From assembly GCA_012522705.1 (NCBI GenBank), contig JAAYJY010000176.1, positions 1 to 39,188 on the forward strand: DNA of 39,188 nucleotides. The letters are read 5' to 3'. The translations under genes and the position numbers were made by a program. This stretch comes from Syntrophomonadaceae bacterium. GTDB taxonomy: Bacteria; Bacillota; Syntrophomonadia; Syntrophomonadales; Syntrophomonadaceae. A model generated the notes under the pieces. It was not told the DNA's origin and did no database searches. It saw nothing but the letters and a program-made list of their open reading frames with translations. How positions within the stretch are numbered: the first letter of the stretch is position 1; each line of letters opens with the position of its first letter. This document shows positions 10,081 to 19,259 of the stretch, piece by piece.

Positions 10081-13000
10081 ATGATTAAGATAAATATCGA
10101 CGGCAGGGAAATAAATGGGCAGCCTGGGCAGACCATACTGCAGGCCGCCCGGGACCACAGCATCGACATCCCCACCCTGTGTTACGATGAACGACTCAAG
10201 ATTTTCGGCGGCTGCGGCATCTGCATGGTAGAGATCGAAGGGATGGCCAAATTGCAGCGGGCTTGCGCGACTGAGATCGCACCCGGCATGAAGATCGACA
10301 CTGCCAATGCCCGGGTTCGGACTGCCCGCAAAGCCGTCCTGGAACTAATGCTGTCCGACCATGTAGGGGATTGCCGGCCTCCCTGCGTTAAAGCCTGTCC
10401 GGGAGAAACCGACTGCCAGGGATACGTGGGCCTGATTGCCAATGGGGAATACCTGGAAGCCTTTAAGGTGATCAAGGAGCAATTGCCCCTGCCCACCAGC
10501 ATCGGCCTGGTGTGCCCCCACCCCTGCGAGACCGCCTGCCGGCGCCAACTGGTGGAGGCCCCGGTAGCCATCGCTGCCCTCAAGGTATTTGCCGGCGAAT
10601 TCGATCTATACAACGGCAATGCCTTCGTACCGGAGATAAAAGCCCCCACCGGCAAGAAGGTGGCCATCGTCGGTTCCGGCCCGGCCGGTTTGACCGCCGC
10701 CTACTTCCTGGCCGTGGAGGGGCATGAAACAACCGTATTTGAAGCCATGCCCCAGCCAGGGGGGATGCTGCGTTACGGCATCCCTGAATATCGCCTGCCC
10801 AAACGCATTTTAGACCAGGAGATCGATATCATCAGGTCCATGCGGGTGGTTATTAGAACCAATACCAGACTGGGTGAAGACATCAGGCTGGAAGAACTGC
10901 GGGAGACACACGATGCCGTCTTCTTGGGCATCGGGGCCTGGCGCTACTCCAAGATGAACTGCCCCGGCGAAGATCTGCCGGGGGTCATCGGCGGGATCGA
11001 CTTCCTGCGCGATGTGGCCCTGCACAAACCCGTAACCCTGGGTGATCGGGTAGCGGTGGTAGGCGGCGGCAATACGGCCATGGATGCCAGCCGGACCGCC
11101 GTCCGGCTGGGAGCCCAAGAAGTAATGGTACTCTACCGGCGCACCCGGGAAGAGATGCCGGCCGAGGATATGGAGATCCATGAAGCCATGGAGGAAGGAA
11201 TTGACTTCCGCTTCCTCATGGCTCCCATCGAGATAATGGCTGTCAATGGTAAAGCAGCCGCCATCCGCATGCAGAAGATGCAGCGGGGTGAACGGGATTC
11301 ATCCGGCCGCCGTTCCCCGGTGCCCATCGCAGGCGCCGAGGAGATTATCCAAATAGACAACGTGATTGCCGCCATCGGCCAGCAGGTGGACATGCCCGGC
11401 TGCGAAGGGGTTGCGCCCAGCAAATGGCACAGCATCGCTGTCGACGACCATACCTTCATGACCAACCTGCCCGGGGTGTTTGCCGGCGGGGACGGGGTGA
11501 CCGGTCCTGGTATCGCTGTAGCCGCTATGGGGCAGGGCAAGAAAGCTGCAGGCGTAATAGACAGCTACCTGGCGGGCGAGATTAAGCCCCTGCGTACCCC
11601 TTTCCTGGTAGAGAAGACTGTCAGCCGGGATGACTTCGCCGCCATCGAACCGGTAGAGCGGGTGGCCATAGAGCCGGTGGGCCCGACCCTGCGAAGCGCC
11701 AACTTCACCGAGGTAGCCGGGCGCATGACCGAGGCAGAGGCCCGTGAAGAAGGCAGCCGGTGCCTGGAATGCGGCTGCCGGGATTGGTTCGAATGCAAGT
11801 TGATTGCCTACGCCAACCAGTACGGAGCCCAGCCCGGGTACCTGCAGGGAGAGAAACACCGGCAGGTTGAACCAGACCCCCATCCCTTAATCGAAAGGGA
11901 TGCGGCCAAGTGTATATTGTGCGGACTATGTGTCCGCTTCTGTGACGAGTATATGGGCATAAATGCCCTGGGACTGGTGGAACGCGGTTTTGAGACTGTG
12001 GTGGAACCAGAGTTCGGCCTGCCCCTCCAGGACAGCTCCTGCATCAGCTGCGGGCAGTGTGTGGCGGTTTGCCCCACCGGGGCTTTGCTGGAACGTTACC
12101 CCCAGCCCAAGAATGTGCCGGTCAGGGCAGAACAGACCGCCACGGTGTGTTCCTTCTGCGGATTGGGCTGCCACGGGGCGGCGGAAAGCTGCGGGGATAT
12201 GATGATCAGAATGCTGCCCCGGGATAATGGGATACTATGTGCCAAGGGCCGGTTTGGTTTCGGCGAATACAGCCGCGATCGTTTGACCCGCCCCCTGGTA
12301 AGAAGAGATGGTGGGCTGCAGGAGAGCAGTTGGGAAGGAGCCCTGGCCGCCGCCGCCGAGGGTTTGAAAAAGACTGGTTCCAGAGAGAATGCCATCGCCG
12401 CCTCACCCTCCCTGACCTGTGAGGAAGCGGTCCTGGCCGCATTTTTGGGCCGCAGCCTGGGTGAGTCGTGCCTGGCCAGCTTCAGCAATGACCCGGGACG
12501 CGGTTTGCAGGCGGTGTTGGGCAGAAATATTTCCACCAACCGCCTGGACGAGATGGAATTGACCGACGTAATCATGTTGGTAGGGTCATTCAATGAGAAC
12601 CAGGTGCTGCCAGTCAAGGTGCGCCAAGCGGTGAAAAGGGGGGTCAAACTGATCGTGGTCAGTGATGAGGCAACACTGGTGGATGATATCGCTGCCCTGA
12701 AAATAACTCCCACCGGCAATGAGTTAATAACCCAGATGGCAGCCGCCATTATTGCCGGAGGTTGGATCGATCAAGACTTCATCGATGAATTCACGGTCGG
12801 ATATGATCAGTTGCACCAGCAGCTGGCAGCGGTTACCCCCACGGACGATGCCCGGGAAGTGGCCCGAATGTATGGGCAGGCCCGCCGGGCTATGATAATT
12901 GCCGATGGTTTCAGGATAACCGCAGCCGGGGTCACCTGGCTGGCGGACCTAGCCCTGATTACCGGAAAAATTGGCACATCCGGTAATGGCATAATTATTA

Positions 13001-13569
13001 TAACGCCGGGAGGCAACCGGATCGGGACCGGTCAGGCGGGTTTTGCTGAAGACGGTTGCGAAGTGATAAAATCCATCCGATCGGGTGAGACCAACCGGGT
13101 GGTTATAATTGGAGAGGATCCCGTCGGAGCCGGGGTAATGAGGGCTGAAGACCTGGACGGACTAGATATGCTGGTGGTGTTGAGTCCATCCCTGACTGCC
13201 ACTGCCGCCAGGGCTGATGTGGTATTGCCGTCGTCAACCCCCCTGGAGACAACCGGGACCTAGATTAGTGCCGACGGAAGATTGGCGGAACTGAAAAGGG
13301 TGGCCCAGCCTCCGGCCGGCCGGGATATGGAAGCAATCCTTTTAGAATTGATCGCCAGACTGGACCCGACGGTTTCGAATGTGCAAGTGGAACAGGCCAG
13401 GGCTGAGGTTATATCGGATGAAATATGGACCCAACCGGTTAAATTCAGCGGCGGCTTCGCATTCGAGGATGGCCGGGCCAGACTGGTGGTTCCCAGCGGG
13501 GAAGGGCTGTTGGCACCTGCTAGAGAGACCGACCCGGCTCTGGTTGGTTTCCGAAAATATAGGATATAG
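10081..13569 (+). CDS. Multidomain Fe-S flavoprotein interrupted by an in-frame TAG at 13261-13263. Domains: N-terminal [2Fe-2S] ferredoxin, GltD/NfnB-like FAD/NAD(P) oxidoreductase, 2x[4Fe-4S], and a molybdopterin-oxidoreductase-like (FdhA/NuoG-like) domain.
   Basis: ORFs 10081..13263 and 13282..13569 are in the same frame. Motifs seen: CGICMVE, VAIVGSGPAGLTAAYFLA, VAVVGGGNTAMD, CILCGLCVRFC, CISCGQCVAVCPTGAL and CSFCGLGCHG. Homology to the MopB C-terminal region (ADVVLPSSTPLETTGT-TAG-ISADGRLAELKRV...PPAGRD) runs straight across the TAG. Confidence 0.75.
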
Positions 13570-13597
13570 TCTTAAATCCAGTGAGGCGGATCAAGTT

Positions 13598-15379
13598 ATG
13601 AAGGACCGGCTGAAAAACGTTCCCCTGCAGCCAGGGGTATACTTATATCGGGACAAGGAAGGCCGAGTGATATACGTAGGCAAAGCTCGGGTGTTGCGCA
13701 GCCGTATGCGCTCCTATTTCCAGAGCCCGGCAGGCATGGATCCCAAAGTGCGGGCGATGATGGCCAAGGTGGGCGATTTTGACTATATAGTTACCGGAAC
13801 CGAAGTGGAGGCCCTGATCATGGAAAGCAATCTGATCAAGGCCTATCAGCCTCGTTATAATATTGACCTGAGAGACGACAAGAGCTATCCCTACCTCAAA
13901 ATCACCGCCGAGAAATTTCCCCGTCTCTGTATTGTGCGTGAAAAGAAGGACAAGGTTTCCCGGTACTATGGACCTTATGCCGAGGTTGGACTGTTGCGGG
14001 AGACGGTCAAGGTTATAACGGGGATTTTTCCCTTGCGCACCTGCAAGAGCATGAATAACCGCCGACCTTGTCTCAACCACGATCTGGGCAAGTGCCTGGC
14101 CCCCTGCAGTGGAGAAGTAGAAACAGAGGAATACCAACGCCTGGTCGACGGAATCGTTTCCTTTCTGGACGGTAATGGACAGCAGTTGACCGAGCAGATC
14201 GCTGCCGAAATGCAAGAGGCGGCTGCCAACCTGGAGTTTGAAAAGGCAGCCCGACTCCGGGACCAAGCCAGCGCTTTGAAGGTATTGACGGAGAAACAAA
14301 AGGTGTGTACAGATCAGTCCTATGATATGGACATCGTAGGGATGATCGGCGGGGAACAACACAAGTTGACTCTGGTGTTCAAGCTCCGGGCTGGGAAGAT
14401 TGTGGCCAAAGAGACATTCTGGCTCAAGCGGGTAATTGATGAAGCTGATGATGAGGTTGTGGAGTTTTTTATCAAACAGTATTATGCCGACAACCAGGAT
14501 ATACCTGCGGAGATATTGGTCAGCCTGCTTCCTCCCGATACTGGATTGATGCAGACTTGGTTGAAAGAGGTGCACGGGTCACGCTGCCGGATCTGGAAGC
14601 CGGAACGAGGCGAAAAACATGGCTTATTGGAGATGGTTATGGAAAACGCTCGCCTCTTGTGGGAAGAGAGAATGCTGGACGATAGCCGGAACCAGCGAAT
14701 CCTCCAGGAGTTGGCCCACACCTTGGACCTGGAGGCAGTTCCCCAAAGGATCGAGTGCTTTGACGTTTCCCATCTGGGAGGGCGGGAAACCGTGGCATCG
14801 ATGGTGGTGGCCACCTTGGGCAGGCCCGACAAAAAAGCGTACCGGCGCTTCAAGATCAAAACCGAACAGAACAACGACACTGCATCCTTGAGTGAGGCTC
14901 TGCGCCGTCGCTTGGAGGAAGCCTGCAAGGGCAACCCGGCATTTCTGCCCGAGCCGGATCTGTTGTTAATCGACGGTGGATTGGGGCAGGTTAATGCGGC
15001 TCGCTTGGTCCTGGAGGACCTGGGGGTAGAAATCCCGGTATTGGGACTGGCCAAGAGGGAGGAGGCCCTTTACTGGCCCGGCCGCCGTGATCCGTTGCGC
15101 CTGCCGCGCCGCCATGAGGGGCTGCAGATGTTGCAGCGATTACGTGATGAAGCCCATCGGTTTGCAGTCCAATACAACCGCCAGCGGCGGGGAAGCCAGA
15201 CCATCCGTTCGGCGTTGGATGATATCGAAGGGGTAGGTCCGAAACGCCGACAGGCGCTTTTGCTGCACTTCGGCTCAGTGGCTAGGATCAAGACCGCCAG
15301 CCGGGAGGAGTTGGGTCAAGTACCGGGGGTGAACAAACCGATCGCCGAGCGGATATACACCCATTTCCATCAGTCTTGA
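13598..15379 (+). CDS. uvrC: Excinuclease ABC subunit C
   Basis: GIY-YIG motif (GVYLYRDKEGRVIYVGKA), UVR domain (NLEFEKAARLRDQ) and a C-terminal HhH region. The start is taken at ATG 13598 (MKDRLKN), not the ORF-track start 13379, which overlaps the upstream gene. Confidence 0.95.
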   Translation: MKDRLKNVPLQPGVYLYRDKEGRVIYVGKARVLRSRMRSYFQSPAGMDPKVRAMMAKVGDFDYIVTGTEVEALIMESNLIKAYQPRYNIDLRDDKSYPYLKITAEKFPRLCIVREKKDKVSRYYGPYAEVGLLRETVKVITGIFPLRTCKSMNNRRPCLNHDLGKCLAPCSGEVETEEYQRLVDGIVSFLDGNGQQLTEQIAAEMQEAAANLEFEKAARLRDQASALKVLTEKQKVCTDQSYDMDIVGMIGGEQHKLTLVFKLRAGKIVAKETFWLKRVIDEADDEVVEFFIKQYYADNQDIPAEILVSLLPPDTGLMQTWLKEVHGSRCRIWKPERGEKHGLLEMVMENARLLWEERMLDDSRNQRILQELAHTLDLEAVPQRIECFDVSHLGGRETVASMVVATLGRPDKKAYRRFKIKTEQNNDTASLSEALRRRLEEACKGNPAFLPEPDLLLIDGGLGQVNAARLVLEDLGVEIPVLGLAKREEALYWPGRRDPLRLPRRHEGLQMLQRLRDEAHRFAVQYNRQRRGSQTIRSALDDIEGVGPKRRQALLLHFGSVARIKTASREELGQVPGVNKPIAERIYTHFHQS

Positions 15380-15429
15380 CCGTGAAGCTTGGAAAAAGTG
15401 GCTCTTTTTATGGGTAAATGTCGGGAAAA

Positions 15430-15453
15430 ATATTATTTCCCGGGAAATAATAT
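15430..15453. promoter_or_regulatory. Perfect 24-bp palindrome ATATTATTTCCCGGGAAATAATAT (candidate operator)
   Basis: Verified by hand to equal its own reverse complement. It lies between uvrC and the DUF360 gene. A further GGGAAAA half-site sits directly upstream (15423-15429). Confidence 0.4.
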
Positions 15454-15560
15454 CGAAATCGGCTTGAAATTAATAGGCATTTTTGGCGTAATTGCTTATG
15501 ATAAGACTAAGCCCATAGCAGGAAACAAATATTTAACATCAAGGAAAGGAGCGGGTGGCG

Positions 15561-15920
15561 ATGCCAGGTTGGGTTTTACGGTGGATTCTGAACATTCTAG
15601 CGATAATTGTGACAGCAGCCCTTTTAACCGGGTTTGAGGTCAGTGTATGGGGGGCTATTGTAGGATCTCTTGTGCTGGGCCTATTCAATGCGATCATCAG
15701 GCCGGTGCTGCTAATATTGACCTTGCCCCTGAACATTGTTACCCTAGGCTTGTTTACCTTCGTGATAAATGGTCTGATGTTATGGTTGACCTCGGTCACG
15801 GTTAAGGGGTTTGATATACATGGATTTGGCTGGGCGATTCTGAGCGCTGCCGTCTTAAGCTTGTTCAGCTTTGTAATCAGCTATTTTGTTGAGGATAGGT
15901 ACATCGAACTAGGCAGATAA
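15561..15920 (+). CDS. Small four-helix membrane protein, DUF360 / phage-holin-family-4-like
   Basis: ORF 15555..15920. The ATG at 15561 lies 9 nt after AAGGAAAGGAG. The sequence is WILNILAIIVTAALL...NAIIRPVLLILTLPLNIVTLGLFTFVINGLMLWL. Confidence 0.7.
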   Translation: MPGWVLRWILNILAIIVTAALLTGFEVSVWGAIVGSLVLGLFNAIIRPVLLILTLPLNIVTLGLFTFVINGLMLWLTSVTVKGFDIHGFGWAILSAAVLSLFSFVISYFVEDRYIELGR

Positions 15921-15940
15921 AAGTGAAGGGAAAAGAGCAA

Positions 15941-15970
15941 AGCCGGGCTGTTTAGCCCGGCTTCTTGATG
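15941..15970 (+). terminator. Rho-independent terminator
   Basis: AGCCGGGCT (15941-15949), loop GTTT, then AGCCCGGCT (15954-15962). It is followed by TCTTGATG. Confidence 0.6.
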
Positions 15971-15983
15971 AGGGGAGAGGAAT

Positions 15984-17105
15984 ATGGCAGTTGTCGTTTG
16001 GTTCAGCAACCTAAGGACCGGAAGTACCAGTCTGCTGGACAAGGTAACCAGACTGCTGAAGAATGCCGGTTTGAAAAGGGCGGTTGCGCCGGGGGATCTG
16101 GTGGCGGTGAAACTGCATTTTGGTGAGACCGGCAATATGGCTTACATCAGGCCGCCGTTCGTACGCCGGGCGGTTGATATGGTCAAGGATTATGGCGGAC
16201 GTCCTTTCCTAACCGACGCCAACACCCTTTATGTGGGGACCAGGCAAAACTCAGTGGAACACATGGAGACTGCCATTCGTAATGGGTTTGATTATGCAGT
16301 GGTGGGAGCGCCGCTCATAATCGCTGACGGTTTGACCGGCAAGGACTATGTCAAAGTGCCTGTACCGGGTAAACACTTCAGGGAGGTTAACATCGGCAGC
16401 GCTGCCTATCATGCTGATGCCATGGTGGTCATGAGCCATTTTAAGTGCCATGAACTTACTGGTTTTGGCGGAGCCATAAAGAATATTGGTATGGGCCTGG
16501 GATCCCGCAGCGGTAAGCAGCAGATGCACTCGGACGTCTTGCCTGAAGTAAAAGATGAAAAGTGCACTGGCTGTGCCAAATGTAAAGAATGGTGCCCGGC
16601 CGATGCCATTGAAATGCAGCCCTGGGAAGGGAATAAAAAGGGACTGAAGGCATATATTCTCGATAAGAAGTGTTGGGGGTGCGGCGAGTGCGCTGTAACC
16701 TGCCAGTTCGATGCGGTCAGGATCAACTGGCGTACCACTCCCGAAGCGGCTCAGGAAAAGATGGCCGAGTATGCATTGGGCGCCGTTCAAGGCAAGACCG
16801 AAAAAGTTGTTTATATCTCCTTTGTGATGAATGTAAGCCCCGACTGCGATTGCTTTGGTCACAATGATCACCCCATCGTCCAGGATATCGGCATCCTCGC
16901 ATCATTGGATCCGGTGGCGCTTGATACTGCTTGCTACGATCTGGTCAACTCCCAGCCGGCTCTGATCGGCTCGGTTATAGAAGGTTGCCATACAGGGGAA
17001 GATAAGTTCCAGATGGTTCATCCCGGAATAAATCCCCTCACTCAGCTTGAACATTCCGAGAAGATTGGATTGGGGATGATGCAGTACGAGCTCAGGCAGA
17101 TTTAA
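15984..17105 (+). CDS. DUF362-domain protein with an inserted 2x[4Fe-4S] ferredoxin module
   Basis: 373-aa ORF. The N-terminal segment is DUF362-like (VAVKLHFGE...RPFLTDANTLY). Ferredoxin motifs are CTGCAKCKEWCP and CWGCGECAVTCQ. Confidence 0.8.
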   Translation: MAVVVWFSNLRTGSTSLLDKVTRLLKNAGLKRAVAPGDLVAVKLHFGETGNMAYIRPPFVRRAVDMVKDYGGRPFLTDANTLYVGTRQNSVEHMETAIRNGFDYAVVGAPLIIADGLTGKDYVKVPVPGKHFREVNIGSAAYHADAMVVMSHFKCHELTGFGGAIKNIGMGLGSRSGKQQMHSDVLPEVKDEKCTGCAKCKEWCPADAIEMQPWEGNKKGLKAYILDKKCWGCGECAVTCQFDAVRINWRTTPEAAQEKMAEYALGAVQGKTEKVVYISFVMNVSPDCDCFGHNDHPIVQDIGILASLDPVALDTACYDLVNSQPALIGSVIEGCHTGEDKFQMVHPGINPLTQLEHSEKIGLGMMQYELRQI

Positions 17106-17233
17106 TATTGCCCGCGCAGGGCGTGGATAAAAGGGGCAGGCTGGGGATGTAAAGATATCCAGGCTCATCCTGTGCTTTCCGATCCTTGGCGCGGGCTTGG
17201 CAGTTCACAGCAATGGAAAGGTGGTGCCTTAAC

Positions 17234-18256
17234 ATGACTAAAGAGAAGATGGCTTCTTACTTGTGGGGTTTGCCGGAACAGTTTGCAGCCATTCTCCCGC
17301 AGGGCGTCCAACTACCGCCAAGTTATAAACGGGAATATCGCCACATATTGGTGTCGGGTCTGGGCGGTTCAGCCATTGGCGGCGACGTACTGCGCACCTA
17401 TGCTCAGACTCAGGCTGCGATTCCAGTAGTGGTCAATCGGGATTACGACCTCCCCGCCTTTATCGGTGATCAGAGCCTGGTTCTGGTTGTCAGCTATTCA
17501 GGGAACACTGAGGAGACCCTTGGTGCCTACCGCCAGGCACGTGAAAAGGGAGCGACTCTAATAGTTGTCACCAGCGGCGGCAAACTTGCCGATTGGGCCC
17601 GTGACGATAACGTTGCAGTGGTCATCATCCCGGGAGGATTATCACCCCGGGCGGCTACCGGCTATCTGTTTACTCCGTTGGCCTTGATTCTCCAGGATCT
17701 GGGCATAATGAAGGGGGCAGAGGAGGATATTAAGGAGGTGATCGAGGTTCTGCAGGCTATGCGGCAGGCCATCGGTCCCGATACCCCTTGGGAAGGAAAT
17801 ACAGCCCGGCAGATAGCCCGGGACTTAAAGGGACGCCTACCATTGATTTGGGGCAGTACCGGGCATTCCGAAATTGCTGCCTTGCGCTGGAAGACCCAGA
17901 TCAATGAGAATGCCAAATGTCCGGTATTTTACAATCTCTTCCCGGAACTGAATCATAACGAAATAGTGGGGTTTGAAGTCCCGGAGGAAATCCTATCCTA
18001 TATAGTAGTAGTAATGCTGCGTGATCCCGAAGATCATATCCAGGTTAAGAAGCGTATGGATATCAGCAAGCAGATAATTCAGGATAAGGTGGCAAAAATA
18101 GTGGAGGTAGATAGCCAAGGCCAAGGGTTTCTGGCCCGGTTTTATTCACTGGCTTACCTGGGCGATTACGTAAGCTTCTACCTGGCCGAAGAGTATGGCA
18201 TTAATCCCACCCCGGTTGCGAGTATAGACTTTTTGAAGAGTGAATTGAACCGGTGA
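17234..18256 (+). CDS. Bifunctional phosphoglucose/phosphomannose isomerase family protein (SIS domains)
   Basis: ORF 17186..18256. The ATG at 17234 follows GGAAAGGTGG. Motifs: SGLGGSAIGGD, VVSYSGNTEETL, and the C-terminal FYLAEEYGINPTPV typical of PGI/PMI enzymes. Confidence 0.8.
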   Translation: MTKEKMASYLWGLPEQFAAILPQGVQLPPSYKREYRHILVSGLGGSAIGGDVLRTYAQTQAAIPVVVNRDYDLPAFIGDQSLVLVVSYSGNTEETLGAYRQAREKGATLIVVTSGGKLADWARDDNVAVVIIPGGLSPRAATGYLFTPLALILQDLGIMKGAEEDIKEVIEVLQAMRQAIGPDTPWEGNTARQIARDLKGRLPLIWGSTGHSEIAALRWKTQINENAKCPVFYNLFPELNHNEIVGFEVPEEILSYIVVVMLRDPEDHIQVKKRMDISKQIIQDKVAKIVEVDSQGQGFLARFYSLAYLGDYVSFYLAEEYGINPTPVASIDFLKSELNR

Positions 18257-18292
18257 TTCGCCGGGGAAAGGGCATATTATCTTAAATGTATC

Positions 18293-18301
18293 TGCTATAA
18301 T
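18293..18301 (+). promoter_or_regulatory. Extended -10 element TGCTATAAT upstream of rapZ
   Basis: Sequence match only. A second TATAAT lies at 18322-18327. Confidence 0.35.
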
Positions 18302-18371
18302 ATAGGTTAGCGGTGGTTTCTTATAATAAACCGAGGGCGGCGTGACTCACAGGGAAGGGAGGGCACGGGCA

Positions 18372-19259
18372 GTGAATGAAGACAATCAAGAGCTGCATGT
18401 AGTAATAATAACCGGGCTATCCGGAGCTGGGAAGACCCAAACGATCAATTGCCTGGAGGACATGGATTACTATTGTGTGGACAATATGCCCCCGGCTCTG
18501 CTGAGAAAGTTCATCGAACTTAGTATGCAATCGGAAGGTAAGATCGATAAAGTTGCCCTGGTCATCGATGTTCGCGGCGGGGATTTCTTCCACAACCTTT
18601 CCCAGGCCTTAAATGAGCTGGAAGAAAGCCAAATAGCCTATGAAATACTATTCCTGGAAGCATCCGATGAGGTATTGGTAAGAAGGTTCAAGGAATCACG
18701 CCGGCGCCATCCCCTGGCGCCCCAGGACCGCCTGCTGGATGCCATTCGCATGGAACGTAATATATTGGAGGAACTCCGCGGCCGGGCCAACGTCATCTTG
18801 GATACTTCGGACACCACACCCCGAGTGCTCAAAGAAAAGCTTAATGATCTATACAGTGAGCGAGAAACCGGTAATTTTGCCATCCATGTAGTTTCCTTTG
18901 GCTACAAAATGGGCATTCCGCTGGATTGTGACATCATGATGGACGTCAGGTTCCTTCCCAACCCGTTTTATGACCCTGCGATGACTACCCAGACCGGTAT
19001 GGATGATGAGGTGGTCGACTATGTAATGCAATCGCCCATAACTAAATCATTTGTACGGCGATATATGAATATTCTAAAGTTTTTGATACCTCACTATATT
19101 CAGGAGGGCAAGACCAACCTTGCTATTTCTATCGGTTGTACCGGGGGACAACACCGTTCGGTGGTTTTGGCCAACTATCTAGGTAACCAACTGACCAAAC
19201 TGGGCTACGATGTCATGGTTCGGCACAGGGATTTGGCACGTTACAAGAAGGATGCCTGA
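18372..19259 (+). CDS. rapZ: RNase adapter / nucleotide-binding protein RapZ (YvcJ)
   Basis: ORF 18342..19259. The GTG at 18372 lies 9 nt after GGAGG. Walker A is ITGLSGAGKT. The C-terminal motif is GCTGGQHRSV. Confidence 0.9.
   Translation: MNEDNQELHVVIITGLSGAGKTQTINCLEDMDYYCVDNMPPALLRKFIELSMQSEGKIDKVALVIDVRGGDFFHNLSQALNELEESQIAYEILFLEASDEVLVRRFKESRRRHPLAPQDRLLDAIRMERNILEELRGRANVILDTSDTTPRVLKEKLNDLYSERETGNFAIHVVSFGYKMGIPLDCDIMMDVRFLPNPFYDPAMTTQTGMDDEVVDYVMQSPITKSFVRRYMNILKFLIPHYIQEGKTNLAISIGCTGGQHRSVVLANYLGNQLTKLGYDVMVRHRDLARYKKDA

Noticed and set aside
8326-10158. 610-aa ORF on the minus strand, the longest minus-strand ORF in the window
   Set aside because: It lies exactly antisense to the strongly supported NuoF-like gene. 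The translation is low-complexity and rich in Gly, Ala, His and Pro, with no recognisable motifs. This is a typical shadow ORF of a GC-biased coding region.
13282-13569. 95-aa ORF as an independent small gene between the oxidoreductase gene and uvrC
   Set aside because: It is in the same frame as the upstream 1060-codon ORF. It continues the molybdopterin-oxidoreductase C-terminal homology directly across the TAG, so it is treated as part of that gene.
13379-13597. N-terminal 73-codon extension of uvrC in the ORF track
   Set aside because: The extension overlaps the upstream gene's C-terminus in another frame and has no UvrC similarity. The GIY-YIG domain begins right after the ATG at 13598, which has a GAGG upstream.
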